Source of the DNA: Candidatus Limnocylindria bacterium
GTDB taxonomy: Bacteria > Chloroflexota > Limnocylindria > QHBO01
Length of the DNA stretch: 46,654 nt
NCBI GenBank assembly: GCA_046717345.1
Contig: JBKJVN010000093.1
Coordinates: forward strand, 1-46,654
Direction: 5' to 3'
Each line of letters starts with the position of its first letter. The stretch's first letter is position 1. A model generated the notes under the pieces. The model was not told the DNA's origin, did no database searches, and saw only the letters and a list, made by a program, of their open reading frames with translations. A program made the translations under genes and the position numbers. Positions 21,468 through 31,488 of this stretch are shown here, in pieces.

Positions 21468-23282
21468 ATGCTCGCCAGAACCGACAGTCGAATCCGGGCC
21501 GTGGTCATGCTCGTCGTGGCGTCCATCGTGGCTGGCGTGATCGGGTATCGCCTGGTCTGGTGGCAGGTCATCGACCGCGAGCGGCTGGCCGACATGGGCC
21601 TGGCCCAGCTGGCGCACGCCCAACAGATCCCGGCCGCTCGCGGGCTGATCCTCGACCGCGCGGGCCTGATCCTGGCGACCTCGATTGCTGCCGAGTCGGT
21701 CTTTGCCACGCCACCCACGGTCGAGGATCCCGCGCTGTCGGCGCTCTTGCTGGCCGGCATCCTGGATGCGGACGCCGAGGAGCTCGAGGCGACGCTGAGC
21801 AGCGACGAGGCCTGGACCTGGCTGCGCCGACGGGTTGACGTCGAGACCGCGACCCGCGTCCGCGCGCTGCACCTGCCCGGCATCGGCCTGGTCGCGGAGT
21901 CGCGCCGCGTCTACACCATGGGCGGCGCCGCGGACGGTACGAGCCTGGCGGCCCAGGTCCTGGGCTTCGTGAACGTGGATGGCATCGGCCAATACGGCGT
22001 CGAGGCGGCCGAGGATGCTCGGCTGGCCGGCTCGCCGGGGTCCGTGGTGGCCCAGGAGGACGTGGCCGGTCGGTTGATCGCCGGTTCGGTCCACGAACTC
22101 GAGGCGCCCGTCAACGGCGCCGACCTGACGCTCACCCTGGACGTCGGGCTGCAGCACATCCTGGAGGAGCAGATGCTCGACACCTTCACCAGGAACCGTG
22201 CCCGGGGCGTGACCGGCCTGGTGATGGACGTCAACACGGGAGCCATCCTCGGCCTGGCCTCATACCCGACCTTCGACGCCAACCAGTACTCGGTCACCGA
22301 TCCGGTCTTGTTCGGGAATTCCGCGGTCAGCCGCCAGTACGAGCCGGGATCGGTACTCAAGGCCGTCACAGTGGCGGCCGCGCTGGACGCCGGCGCCATC
22401 ACACCGGCCGACCTGTTCCTCGACGACAACGACCTGCACATCTACGACGCCGTCATCCACAACGCCGACCGGACGTGGTATCCGGAGGGACATGGCCTGC
22501 TCACGCCGGCCCAGGTCCTGGCCCTCTCCAACAACGTCGGCGCGGCCACCATCGGCCTGACCCTGGGAGGGCAAGGTCTGTACGACGCCCTGCGACGCTT
22601 CGGCTTCGGTACACCGACCGGCGTCGAGATGTCCGGGGAGGCGGCAGGGGTCGTCCTCCACCCCGATGACGAGGGCGCGTCGAAGGAGCTGACCACGGCC
22701 CAGAACGCCTTCGGCCAGGGGATCACGGTCACGGTCGTCCAGCTGGCCGCGGCCTACGCCGCCCTGGCCAACGGCGGGCGGCTGGTGATGCCGCACATCG
22801 TGGCGGGCTGGACGGACGGGGACGGGACCTTCCGGCCGCGCGAGATTCCGACCCCAACCCAGGTCATCACGCCCGAGACATCGGACACGATCCTCGAGAT
22901 GTTGACCGGCGCCATCGACGACGGCATCGCCAACGGCGCAGCGGTGGCCGGCTACTCGATCGCCGGCAAGACCGGGACCGCCGAGATCGCGGGCCCGGTC
23001 AACGTCCGTGTCCAAACCGGCTGGGATGCCAATGGGCAGCCGATCTACGTCGACACCACCCGGCAGGCGTACATCGAAGGCTGGATCGACTCCAGTTTCG
23101 TGGGGATCGCTCCCGCCTCCAGCCCGCGGTTCGTCACGATCATCCTCATTCACCGGCCGGTGGTGGGCGGCGGTGGCATCGGGGAGCGGCCGGAGGACGC
23201 CTTCGCGCAGCTGGCGCCGCTGGTCTTCGACTACTACGGCATCCCGCCCGACCGACCCATCCCCGGGGTTGCCACCCAATGA
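21468..23282 (+). CDS. ftsI: Class B penicillin-binding protein (FtsI-like)
   Basis: RG.I.DR, EPGSVLK (SxxK), SNN (SxN), GKTGTA. Confidence 0.93.
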   Translation: MLARTDSRIRAVVMLVVASIVAGVIGYRLVWWQVIDRERLADMGLAQLAHAQQIPAARGLILDRAGLILATSIAAESVFATPPTVEDPALSALLLAGILDADAEELEATLSSDEAWTWLRRRVDVETATRVRALHLPGIGLVAESRRVYTMGGAADGTSLAAQVLGFVNVDGIGQYGVEAAEDARLAGSPGSVVAQEDVAGRLIAGSVHELEAPVNGADLTLTLDVGLQHILEEQMLDTFTRNRARGVTGLVMDVNTGAILGLASYPTFDANQYSVTDPVLFGNSAVSRQYEPGSVLKAVTVAAALDAGAITPADLFLDDNDLHIYDAVIHNADRTWYPEGHGLLTPAQVLALSNNVGAATIGLTLGGQGLYDALRRFGFGTPTGVEMSGEAAGVVLHPDDEGASKELTTAQNAFGQGITVTVVQLAAAYAALANGGRLVMPHIVAGWTDGDGTFRPREIPTPTQVITPETSDTILEMLTGAIDDGIANGAAVAGYSIAGKTGTAEIAGPVNVRVQTGWDANGQPIYVDTTRQAYIEGWIDSSFVGIAPASSPRFVTIILIHRPVVGGGGIGERPEDAFAQLAPLVFDYYGIPPDRPIPGVATQ

Positions 23283-24727
23283 GGCTGGTAGACTCCCGGC
23301 CGAAAGCCGCAGGAAACCGCGTGCCCGCGCCGATTCGAATCGACGACCTCCTGGCCGCCACCGGTGGCCGACTCCTGGCCCCCACCCCCGTCCGGTCCTT
23401 CCGGCTCGCCGTCGTCGACTCTCGTCGCGTCGTCCCGGGGTGCCTGTTCGTGGCCATGCGCGGGGAGCGCGACGACGGCCACCGGTACGTCGCCAACGCC
23501 ATCGCCGCGGGCGCCGTGGCGGCGCTCGTCGAGCGTGAGGTCACGCTTCCCTCAACAACGCGGGCGGCCCTGGTCCGGGTCCCGGACAGCCTGATCGCCC
23601 TCCAGGAGCTCGCGGCGTGGTGGCGGGACCGATTCGCGGTGCGCGTGGTGGGGATCACCGGGTCGACGGGCAAGACGCTGGCCAAGGAGGTCACCGCGGA
23701 CGTCCTGGCCCGCACGCTGAGCGTCCTGCGCAACGAAGGCAACCTGAACTCCGAGACCGGTCTGCCCATGACCCTCCTGGGCCTTGAGCCGGGCCACCAG
23801 GTCGCGGTCCTGGAGATGGGGATGTACACGGTGGGGGAGATCAGCCGGCTGGTGGAGATCAGCCGGCCCGAGGTCGGGGTCGTGCTGGCGGTGCACCCCA
23901 CGCACCTGGAGCGGGCGGGAAGCCTGGAGCGCATCGCCCAGGCCAAGGCGGAACTGCCCCGCGGCCTGCCGGCGGACGGGCTCGCGGTCCTGAACGCGGA
24001 TGACCCGCGCGTGGCCTCCATGGCCGCCCAGACGCGCGCGCCGGTCCGCACCTTCGGCCTGGGCCCATCGGCCGACGTGCGGGCGATCGACGTCGCATCC
24101 GACGGGCTGCGTGGCATGACATTCACCCTGCATGCCCCATGGGGACAGCTCCGGGTCCGGAGTGCGTCGCCCGGACGACACCTCGTTCCGCACGCCTTGG
24201 CGGCGGCCGCGGTAGCGGAGCATTTCGGCGTGCCGCTGGTCGACGTGGCGGCCGCGCTGGAGGCCGGCAGCTCGGCCCCGCACCGGATGGCCATCGAGGA
24301 GATGCCGAACGGGTCGATCCTGGTCGACGACACGTACAACGCCTCGCCGGAATCGGTGTCGGCCGCGCTCGAGTTCGTAGCCCAGACCCCCGTCGGGCGC
24401 GGGCGCCGGCTGGCGGTCCTGGGCGACATGCTCGAGCTGGGTCCCGATGAGCGGACACTTCACGAGCGGATCGGCGCCCAGGCCGCCGCGATCCTCGACG
24501 GCCTGGTGGGGGTCGGAGAGCGCGGTCGCTGGATCGCGGACGCGGCGCAGGCGGCGGGACTCCAGCGGGTGGCGACGGCGCCCGACGCGGAGCAGGCCCT
24601 GGCGGTCGTCGAGCAGACGCTCAACCCTGGCGCGCATGACCTGCTGCTGGTCAAGGCGTCGCGCGGGATCGCCCTCGACCGCCTGGTGGCCGCTCTGCTG
24701 GGCCGACCACCGGACCCGGAGAGCTAG
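23279..24727 (+). CDS. murF: UDP-MurNAc-tripeptide:D-Ala-D-Ala ligase
   Basis: DSR, GITGSTGKT, VLEMG, DDTYNA.P.S, VLGDMLELG, VKASRG; alternative GTG start at 23321. Confidence 0.92.
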   Translation: MRLVDSRPKAAGNRVPAPIRIDDLLAATGGRLLAPTPVRSFRLAVVDSRRVVPGCLFVAMRGERDDGHRYVANAIAAGAVAALVEREVTLPSTTRAALVRVPDSLIALQELAAWWRDRFAVRVVGITGSTGKTLAKEVTADVLARTLSVLRNEGNLNSETGLPMTLLGLEPGHQVAVLEMGMYTVGEISRLVEISRPEVGVVLAVHPTHLERAGSLERIAQAKAELPRGLPADGLAVLNADDPRVASMAAQTRAPVRTFGLGPSADVRAIDVASDGLRGMTFTLHAPWGQLRVRSASPGRHLVPHALAAAAVAEHFGVPLVDVAAALEAGSSAPHRMAIEEMPNGSILVDDTYNASPESVSAALEFVAQTPVGRGRRLAVLGDMLELGPDERTLHERIGAQAAAILDGLVGVGERGRWIADAAQAAGLQRVATAPDAEQALAVVEQTLNPGAHDLLLVKASRGIALDRLVAALLGRPPDPES

Positions 24728-24729
24728 CC

Positions 24730-25710
24730 GTGCTGCCTCTCCTGCTGGCGGTCGTGCTCGCGTTCGGCGGGGTCGTCCTGCTGGGCCCCATCTACATCCG
24801 GCTCCTCCAGCGGCTGGGCTTCGGAAAGCAGATCCGGATCGAGGGACCCCAGGCCCACGCGGTCAAGGCCGGCACGCCGACCATGGGCGGGATGCTGATC
24901 GTGGTGGTCGTCATGTTCCTGGCCATGGCCATGCGGCTCGAGGACGAAAGCACCCTGACCCCCATGCTGACCCTGGTCGGGGTGGGCATCCTGGGTGCGA
25001 TCGATGACTTCGTGAACACGCGGACCGGGTTCGGCGTGCGCGGTCGCTACAAGTTGGTCTGGCAGACGGTCGTCGCGATCCTGGCCGCCATCTACATTCA
25101 ACGCCACTTCGACCTGACCGCCATCAACGTCCCGCTGGTCGGCCAGTTCGAGATCCCGATCCTGCTCCTCGTCCTGTTCATCGCGTTCGCGATCGTCGCC
25201 GCCTCAAACGCGGTCAACCTGACCGACGGGCTGGACGGGCTGGCGTCGGGGGTCCTGGTCTTCAGCTTCGTCGCCTACCTGCTGATCGCCCTGGTCGCGG
25301 TTCCCGGCCTGAAGCTCAGCCAGCCCGAACTGGCGGTCTTCTGCGCGCTGCTGATCGGCGCCCTGATGGGTTTCCTGTGGTTCAACGTCCACCCGGCCCA
25401 GATCTTCATGGGCGACGCCGGGGCGCTGGCGCTGGGTGCGACCCTGGCCGTGGTGGCGGTGGTCACCGGCCAGCTCCTGCTGCTCGTCATCATCGGCCTC
25501 GTGTTCGTGGCCGAGACGGTATCGGTCATTCTCCAGATCGGGTCGTACCAGCTTCGCGGCAAGCGGATCTTTCGGATGGCCCCCTTGCACCACCACTTCG
25601 AGCTCCTCGGCTGGGCCGAGGAAAAGATCACGCTCCGCTTCTGGATCGTGTCGGCCCTGGCCGGGCTGCTCGGCTTCAGCCTCTTCCTGGCCACCACCGG
25701 GCTGTCGTGA
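24730..25710 (+). CDS. mraY: Phospho-N-acetylmuramoyl-pentapeptide transferase
   Basis: GTPTMGG, NAVNLTDGLDGL, PAQIFMGD.G, MAPLHHHFE. Confidence 0.96.
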   Translation: MLPLLLAVVLAFGGVVLLGPIYIRLLQRLGFGKQIRIEGPQAHAVKAGTPTMGGMLIVVVVMFLAMAMRLEDESTLTPMLTLVGVGILGAIDDFVNTRTGFGVRGRYKLVWQTVVAILAAIYIQRHFDLTAINVPLVGQFEIPILLLVLFIAFAIVAASNAVNLTDGLDGLASGVLVFSFVAYLLIALVAVPGLKLSQPELAVFCALLIGALMGFLWFNVHPAQIFMGDAGALALGATLAVVAVVTGQLLLLVIIGLVFVAETVSVILQIGSYQLRGKRIFRMAPLHHHFELLGWAEEKITLRFWIVSALAGLLGFSLFLATTGLS

Positions 25711-27149
25711 TGCCGATGCCGATGCCTCCCCTCAGCTCTACCCTCCCCAGCCGCCGATCCGACCTGGCCGGGCGCCGGGTCCTGGTGCTCGGTCTGGCAC
25801 GGTCGGGGGTGGCGGCGGCCCGCTTCCTGGCCGATGCCGGAGCCCAGGTGACGGCCTACGACCGTCAACCCGCCGAGGCCCTGGCCCAGTCCGTCGCCGC
25901 GCTCGGGGGTCGTCCGGTGAACCTGGCCCTGGGGGCGAGTCCGGAGGCGGTCATCGGCCTGCTGGGCGATGCCGACCTGGTGGTCACCAGCCCGTCCATC
26001 TCGAGCCGCTTCCCGACCACCGAGCCATGGCTGCGCGAGGCCCTGGCGGAGGCCGAGCTGGGGGGCGCCGCCGTGGTCAGCGAGGTGGACCTCTTCCTGC
26101 GCCTGACCCGCGCCCGTGTGCTGGCCGTGACCGGGACCAAGGGCAAGACAACGACCGCGTCGCTGGTCGCCGCCATCCTGGCCGCCGCCGACCTGCCGCA
26201 CGTGCTGGGTGGCAACATCGGGACGCCGCTCATCGAGGAGGCCGACCGCCTGGAGTCCGCCACGTGGGCCGTGCTCGAGCTGTCCGAGCTCCAGCTCCCC
26301 ACGCTCAGCCGCGGGGCCGATATCGCGGTCTACACCAATATCCTGGCCGACCACCTGGATCGCCACGCCAGCGTGGAGGCGTACCGGGCGGTCAAGGGCC
26401 GCCTGGCCGAACTGTCGGCACCGGGGGGAGAGCTCGTCCTCAACCGGGAGGATCCGGGGTGCGTGGAGCTCGGCGCGCGGCTGCCGGGTGCCCGCGTGCA
26501 CTGGTACGGCCTCGAGCCACGCCCCGGCGCGGACGCCTGGGTCGAGGATGGCTGGGTCGTGGTCGGCGGCCAGCGGGTGCTGCAGACCGTCGACGTGCCG
26601 CTCCGCGGCGAGCACATGCGCCGCAACGTCCTGGCCGCCGCGGTGGGCGCCCGGCTGGCAGGCGCCGACACGACAGCCGTGGCCAACGGGGTCCAAGCGT
26701 TCGGGGGCGTTCCGCACCGGCTCGAGGACCTCGGGGTCCGGGCCGGGGTCGCGTACGTCAATGACTCGCAAGCCACCATCCCGGTGGCCGCCATCGCCGG
26801 CATCATGGCCTTCGACGAGGGCCGGGTGGTGGTCATAGCAGGCGGCCAGGGCAAGGGCCTGGACTACGCCGCGTTCGCGGAGGCCATCGTGGGGCGCTGC
26901 CGGGCCGCGGTCCTGATCGGGGACACGGCGCCCGAGCTGGAGCGCCTGATCGGCGGGCGGGTGCCGGTCCGCCGGGCCTCGTCGATGGCCGACGCGGTGG
27001 CCGCCGCCAGCGCTGAGGCGCGGCCCGGCGACGCGGTCCTGCTCGCGCCTGCGGCCGCCAGCTTCGACATGTTCGCCGACTACGCCGCGCGCGGCGACGC
27101 GTTCCGGGCGGCGGTGGCCGGCCTGCCAGATCCGCGAGGCGACCGATGA
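25710..27149 (+). CDS. murD: UDP-MurNAc-L-Ala:D-Glu ligase
   Basis: GLARSG, TGTKGKTTT, GGNIG.P, DHLDRH, HRLE, NDS, LLAPAAASFDMF..Y..RG. Confidence 0.94.
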   Translation: MPMPMPPLSSTLPSRRSDLAGRRVLVLGLARSGVAAARFLADAGAQVTAYDRQPAEALAQSVAALGGRPVNLALGASPEAVIGLLGDADLVVTSPSISSRFPTTEPWLREALAEAELGGAAVVSEVDLFLRLTRARVLAVTGTKGKTTTASLVAAILAAADLPHVLGGNIGTPLIEEADRLESATWAVLELSELQLPTLSRGADIAVYTNILADHLDRHASVEAYRAVKGRLAELSAPGGELVLNREDPGCVELGARLPGARVHWYGLEPRPGADAWVEDGWVVVGGQRVLQTVDVPLRGEHMRRNVLAAAVGARLAGADTTAVANGVQAFGGVPHRLEDLGVRAGVAYVNDSQATIPVAAIAGIMAFDEGRVVVIAGGQGKGLDYAAFAEAIVGRCRAAVLIGDTAPELERLIGGRVPVRRASSMADAVAAASAEARPGDAVLLAPAAASFDMFADYAARGDAFRAAVAGLPDPRGDR

Positions 27150-28411
27150 CCGCGGCCGTCGGCGTCGCGGCCGCGCACCCGCGTGCGGTCCGCCCCCGCG
27201 GCGTGGAACGGGGGCGACGCCGGGTCGCAATGCCCCTGCTGGTCGCCGTGCTGGCGCTGGTCGCAATCGGGGTCGTGATGGTCTACTCGGCCTCGAGCGT
27301 CCGGGCCCTGCTGAGCAGCAACGACCCGGCGCGGTATGGGATCGCGCAGGCCGTGTTCGCCGCCATCGGCCTGAGCGCGATGGTCGTCCTGAGCCGGATT
27401 GACTTTCGGGTCTATCGGTACTTCGCGATACCGGCCTACGTGGGGGCGCTGGTCCTCCTGGCGCTGGTCCTGGTGCCGAGCATCGGGTTCGAGGTCGGCG
27501 GATCGCGACGCTGGCTCCAGCTTCCGGTGATCGGGAACTTCCAGCCGGCCGAGGTCGCCAAGCTGGCGATCATCCTGTACCTGGCCCACTGGCTCGACCG
27601 CCGGGGGCGCGCGGCGCATGGCCTGCGGGGAGGCCTGATTCCGTTCGCGCTCCTCGTCGCTCCCGGGTTCCTGCTCATCGCCTTGGAGCCCGACCTCGGC
27701 ACGGCCGGCATCTATGTCGTGGCCGCGATGTCGGTGTTCTTCATGTCGGGCGCCAGCCTGGTCGGCTTCGTCGCCATGGCCGGCGCCGTGGCGGCCGCGG
27801 CCGTGGTCTTCGTGAGCCGGACGCCGTACCAGCTGGCGCGGGTTACGACCTTTCTCGATCCCGAGCGCGACCCGCTGGGGGCCGGCTACAACGCCATGCA
27901 GGCGCTGATGGCGCTCGCCATGGGCGGGCTGGCTGGCGTGGGGCTTGGCGCCTCGCGCCAGAAGTACCTGTACCTGCCCGCGCCCTCGACCGACTTCATC
28001 TACGCCATCATCGGCGAGGAATGGGGCCTCATCGGGACGCTCATCGTCCTGGTCCTGTTCCTCGTCATTGCCTGGCAGGGCTACCGCATCGCGGTCCATG
28101 CCCCCGATACGTTCTCCGGCCTTCTGGCGGCCGGGATCACGACCTGGCTCGTGGTCCAGGCAGTCATCAACATGATGGTGGTGACCGCCCTGTGGCCGGT
28201 CACCGGCGTCCCACTGCCGTTCATCAGCTACGGCGGAACGGCACTCATCATCAACCTCGTGGCGGTCGGCATCCTCCTGTCGATCAGCCGCGAGGCGCAG
28301 ACAGGATCGGTGTTCGATGCGCTTCGTGATCTCAGGCGGCGGGACCGGCGGGCACATCTACCCCGCGTTGGCCGTCGCACAAGCCCTGCGCGAGCTGCGT
28401 CCCGAGGTTGA
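27146..28411 (+). CDS. ftsW: SEDS peptidoglycan polymerase FtsW
   Basis: MVYSAS, FQPAE.AK, EPDLGT, TDFI.AIIGEE.G, TGVPLPFISYGG. Confidence 0.95.
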   Translation: MTAAVGVAAAHPRAVRPRGVERGRRRVAMPLLVAVLALVAIGVVMVYSASSVRALLSSNDPARYGIAQAVFAAIGLSAMVVLSRIDFRVYRYFAIPAYVGALVLLALVLVPSIGFEVGGSRRWLQLPVIGNFQPAEVAKLAIILYLAHWLDRRGRAAHGLRGGLIPFALLVAPGFLLIALEPDLGTAGIYVVAAMSVFFMSGASLVGFVAMAGAVAAAAVVFVSRTPYQLARVTTFLDPERDPLGAGYNAMQALMALAMGGLAGVGLGASRQKYLYLPAPSTDFIYAIIGEEWGLIGTLIVLVLFLVIAWQGYRIAVHAPDTFSGLLAAGITTWLVVQAVINMMVVTALWPVTGVPLPFISYGGTALIINLVAVGILLSISREAQTGSVFDALRDLRRRDRRAHLPRVGRRTSPARAASRG

Positions 28412-29420
28412 GCTCGCGTACGTGGGCGGCGTCCGCGGCTTCGAGCGCCGGCTGGTGGGCGAGGCCGGCGAGATGCCGTATCACCAGCTGGCCGTCCGCT
28501 CCCTGCGCTCCGCCGGGCGCGACGCCCACCTGGTCCTGGACCCGATGCGCCTTGTCGCCGCGGCCCCGCAAGCGTGGCGGCTCCTGGGCCGCCTTCGACC
28601 GGCGGCGGTCTTCACCACCGGCGGGTACCTCGCCATTCCGCTCCTGGCGGCGGCCCGGGTCCGCGGCATCCCGAGCATCGTGTGGGAGGGCAACGTGATC
28701 CCCGGTCGGGCGACGCGCGCCGTCGGACGGCTGGCCACCAGGGTCGCCGTCGCCTTCCCGCCGACCGGGGAGGCGTTCGGGAAGCGTGCGTTCGAGTCCG
28801 GCACCCCGATTCGCTCCCTGGCCGGGATCGACCGCGCCGCGGCTCGCGCCGAGATGCGGGTCGGCCCCGACGACCGAGTGCTGCTGGTCTTCGGCGGTTC
28901 GCAGGCCGTGGCCCGCATCACGGCCGCCCTGGACGAGGCCCTGCCTGCGCTCGTCGCCGACTGGGTGGTGCTGCACCTGGCGGGCGAGGCGGGGATGGCC
29001 GCCGCCCTGGCCAGCCGCGACCAGCTGCCGGAGTCCCAGCGCGACCGGTACCGCCCCGAGCCGTACCTGACCGATCGCATGGCGGCCGCGCTGGTGGCGG
29101 CCGACCTGGTGCTCGGGCGGGCCGGATCCTCGACCTGTGCCGAGGTCGCCGCCGCTGGAGTCGCCTCCATCCTGGTCCCGTATCCCCACGCCCGCGGGCA
29201 CCAGGCGGCGAACGCGGCCTGGCTGGCCCAGCACGGGGCAGCCGTGGTCGTGCCCGACGAGGCATTGACCGGGGAACGGCTGCGGGCGGAGGCGGCGGCG
29301 CTTCGCGATGACGCCCGTCGGACGCCCATCGCGGCCGCGGCGCGGCAGCTGGGCCGTCCCCAGGCAGGCCACGAGATCGCGGCCGCCCTCCTGGCGCTGG
29401 CCGAGGCCCCGCCCGCGTGA
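28317..29420 (+). CDS. murG: Lipid II GlcNAc transferase MurG
   Basis: GGGTGGHIYPA, GGY, FGGSQ, RAG.ST, LVPYP...HQ..NA. Confidence 0.94.
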   Translation: MRFVISGGGTGGHIYPALAVAQALRELRPEVELAYVGGVRGFERRLVGEAGEMPYHQLAVRSLRSAGRDAHLVLDPMRLVAAAPQAWRLLGRLRPAAVFTTGGYLAIPLLAAARVRGIPSIVWEGNVIPGRATRAVGRLATRVAVAFPPTGEAFGKRAFESGTPIRSLAGIDRAAARAEMRVGPDDRVLLVFGGSQAVARITAALDEALPALVADWVVLHLAGEAGMAAALASRDQLPESQRDRYRPEPYLTDRMAAALVAADLVLGRAGSSTCAEVAAAGVASILVPYPHARGHQAANAAWLAQHGAAVVVPDEALTGERLRAEAAALRDDARRTPIAAAARQLGRPQAGHEIAAALLALAEAPPA

Positions 29421-30376
29421 CCGCCTCAGCTGCCGCCGGGCGCAGGCGCGAGCTGGATGCCGGCCTGGACCGCCTCGACCGAATCGCGGACGAGCGGGGG
29501 ATCCGGCTTCGTCCGGACGCGCCCCTGGCTCCGATCACGACCCTGCGGGTCGGGGGTTCAGCCGACCGGCTGGCGGAGCCTCGCACGCGCGACGAGCTGC
29601 AGGCGGTCCTGGACGCGGCCCGCGAGGCCGGGGTGGCGTGGCTGGTCGTGGGCAACGGCAGCAACCTGGTCGTCGCCGACCGGGGCGTTCGAGGGCTCGT
29701 CATCCGGAACCGGGCCCGCGCGGTCCGCGTGGATGGCAGCGTCCTGTCCGCGGATGCCGGTGCGCCGATGGCGCTGCTCGTGAAGCGCGCGACCGCCGCG
29801 GGATTGACCGGAGTGGAGTGGGGGATCGCGGTTCCCGGCACCCTGGGGGGCGCCGTGTGGGCCAACGCGGGCGCCCACGGTGGCGAGATGCAGCAGCGCG
29901 TGGCGCAGGTCGACGCCTGGGACTCCGAATCCGGCCGTCTCCAACGCCTGACCAACGCGGCCTGCCGCTTCGACTACCGCGAGTCGCGCTTCAAGCACGA
30001 ACGCCTGGTGGTGGTGGAAGTCAGTCTCGAGCTGGCCCCAGACGCGCCGCAGGCGGTGGCGGCGCGGGTCGCCGAGCACCAGGCCCAGCGGGCCGCCACC
30101 CAGCCGCTGGCCGAGCAGAACGCGGGGAGCGTCTTTCGGAACCCGCCCGGGGACTTCGCCGGACGCCTGATCGAGGCCGTGGGGCTGAAGGGGGCACGGG
30201 AAGGCAGCGCATCGGTCAGTGAGCGGCACGCGAACTTCATCGTCACCCAGCGCACCGGACGCGCCGCCGACGTGCGACGCCTGGCCGACCGGGTCCGATC
30301 GACCGTGTTCGAGGCGAGCGGCGTGTCGCTGACATACGAGATCGAGTTCGTCGGCGATTGGGAGCTGGACCGATGA
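29417..30376 (+). CDS. murB: UDP-N-acetylenolpyruvoylglucosamine reductase
   Basis: RVGG.AD, GNGSNL, PGTLGGA..NAGA, YRESRFK, AGSVFRNP, HANF. Confidence 0.95.
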   Translation: MTASAAAGRRRELDAGLDRLDRIADERGIRLRPDAPLAPITTLRVGGSADRLAEPRTRDELQAVLDAAREAGVAWLVVGNGSNLVVADRGVRGLVIRNRARAVRVDGSVLSADAGAPMALLVKRATAAGLTGVEWGIAVPGTLGGAVWANAGAHGGEMQQRVAQVDAWDSESGRLQRLTNAACRFDYRESRFKHERLVVVEVSLELAPDAPQAVAARVAEHQAQRAATQPLAEQNAGSVFRNPPGDFAGRLIEAVGLKGAREGSASVSERHANFIVTQRTGRAADVRRLADRVRSTVFEASGVSLTYEIEFVGDWELDR

Positions 30377-31488
30377 CCCGCCGGCTCAGGGTCGGGATCT
30401 TTGCCGGTGGCCGCTCAGCCGAGCACGAGGTGAGCATTGCGTCGGCCGAGTCGGTCCTGCGCGAGATCGACCGGGATCGGTATGAGCCATACCTCATCTA
30501 TATCGATGCCGCCGGTGGTTGGCATCTGCCCGCCGGCCCCGCGCCAGAGCTGGGACCCGGCGAGAGCCTGGCCTTGCGCCTGGGTGCCGAGACGATCCCC
30601 GAGCACAGCGCGCGACTCGAATCGGGGGACGCGAGCCTGCCCGTGGTGGCCGACGCCCCGTCCGCGGTTCCTGCCCGCGCCGCGGTCCGGAACTTGGCCG
30701 AGGCCATCGACGTTGCCTTCCTGGCGGTCCATGGCCCGTTCGGCGAGGACGGGACGCTCCAGGGCTTCCTCGAGCTGGCCGGAATCCCGTATACCGGCGC
30801 CGGCGTGCTGGCCAGCGCGGTGGCCATGGACAAGGTCGTTTTCAAGGACCTCATGCGCGGCCACCAGCTGCCGGTGCTGGACTACACGTGGTTCTCGCTC
30901 CCCGCATGGCGCCGCGCGCCGCAGCAGGTCGTGGATGAGATCGTGGCCCGGATCGGCTCCCGCGCGGTGGTCAAGCCCGCTCGCCTGGGCAGCAGCGTGG
31001 GCATGAGCCTGGCGCATGACCCCGACGAGCTGCCGGCCGCCCTCGAGGAGGCATTCGGCTGGGATTCGAAGGTCATCGTCGAGGCCTACCTGCCCGGAGC
31101 CCGTGAGTTCGAGTGCGGCGTGCTGGGCAACGAGGACCCGATCGTCTTCGAGCCCGGCGAGGTCGTCAGCCACCATGAGCTGTACGACTACGAGGCCAAG
31201 TACATCCCCGGCCTGGCCGATGTCGTCCCTCGCGCCGATGTCGCGCCGGAGCTGGCGGAACGGCTGCGCGGGCTGGCGCTTGCCGCCTACCGCGCGGTCG
31301 ACGCGCGCGGCATGGCGCGCGTCGACTTCCTGGCCGTACCCGACGCGGTCTTCCTGTCCGAGATGAACACCATCCCCGGCTTCACGACCACCAGCATGTT
31401 CCCCAAGCAGGCCGAGCTGGCGGGGATCAGCTTCGCCGACCTCGTGGCGCGGCTCCTCGATCTGGCCCAGGAGGGCTCGGGCGAATGA
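30373..31488 (+). CDS. ddl: D-alanine--D-alanine ligase
   Basis: GGRSAEHEVS, HGPFGEDG, GSSVG, YDYEAKY, EMNTIPGFT.TS. Confidence 0.95.
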   Translation: MTRRLRVGIFAGGRSAEHEVSIASAESVLREIDRDRYEPYLIYIDAAGGWHLPAGPAPELGPGESLALRLGAETIPEHSARLESGDASLPVVADAPSAVPARAAVRNLAEAIDVAFLAVHGPFGEDGTLQGFLELAGIPYTGAGVLASAVAMDKVVFKDLMRGHQLPVLDYTWFSLPAWRRAPQQVVDEIVARIGSRAVVKPARLGSSVGMSLAHDPDELPAALEEAFGWDSKVIVEAYLPGAREFECGVLGNEDPIVFEPGEVVSHHELYDYEAKYIPGLADVVPRADVAPELAERLRGLALAAYRAVDARGMARVDFLAVPDAVFLSEMNTIPGFTTTSMFPKQAELAGISFADLVARLLDLAQEGSGE

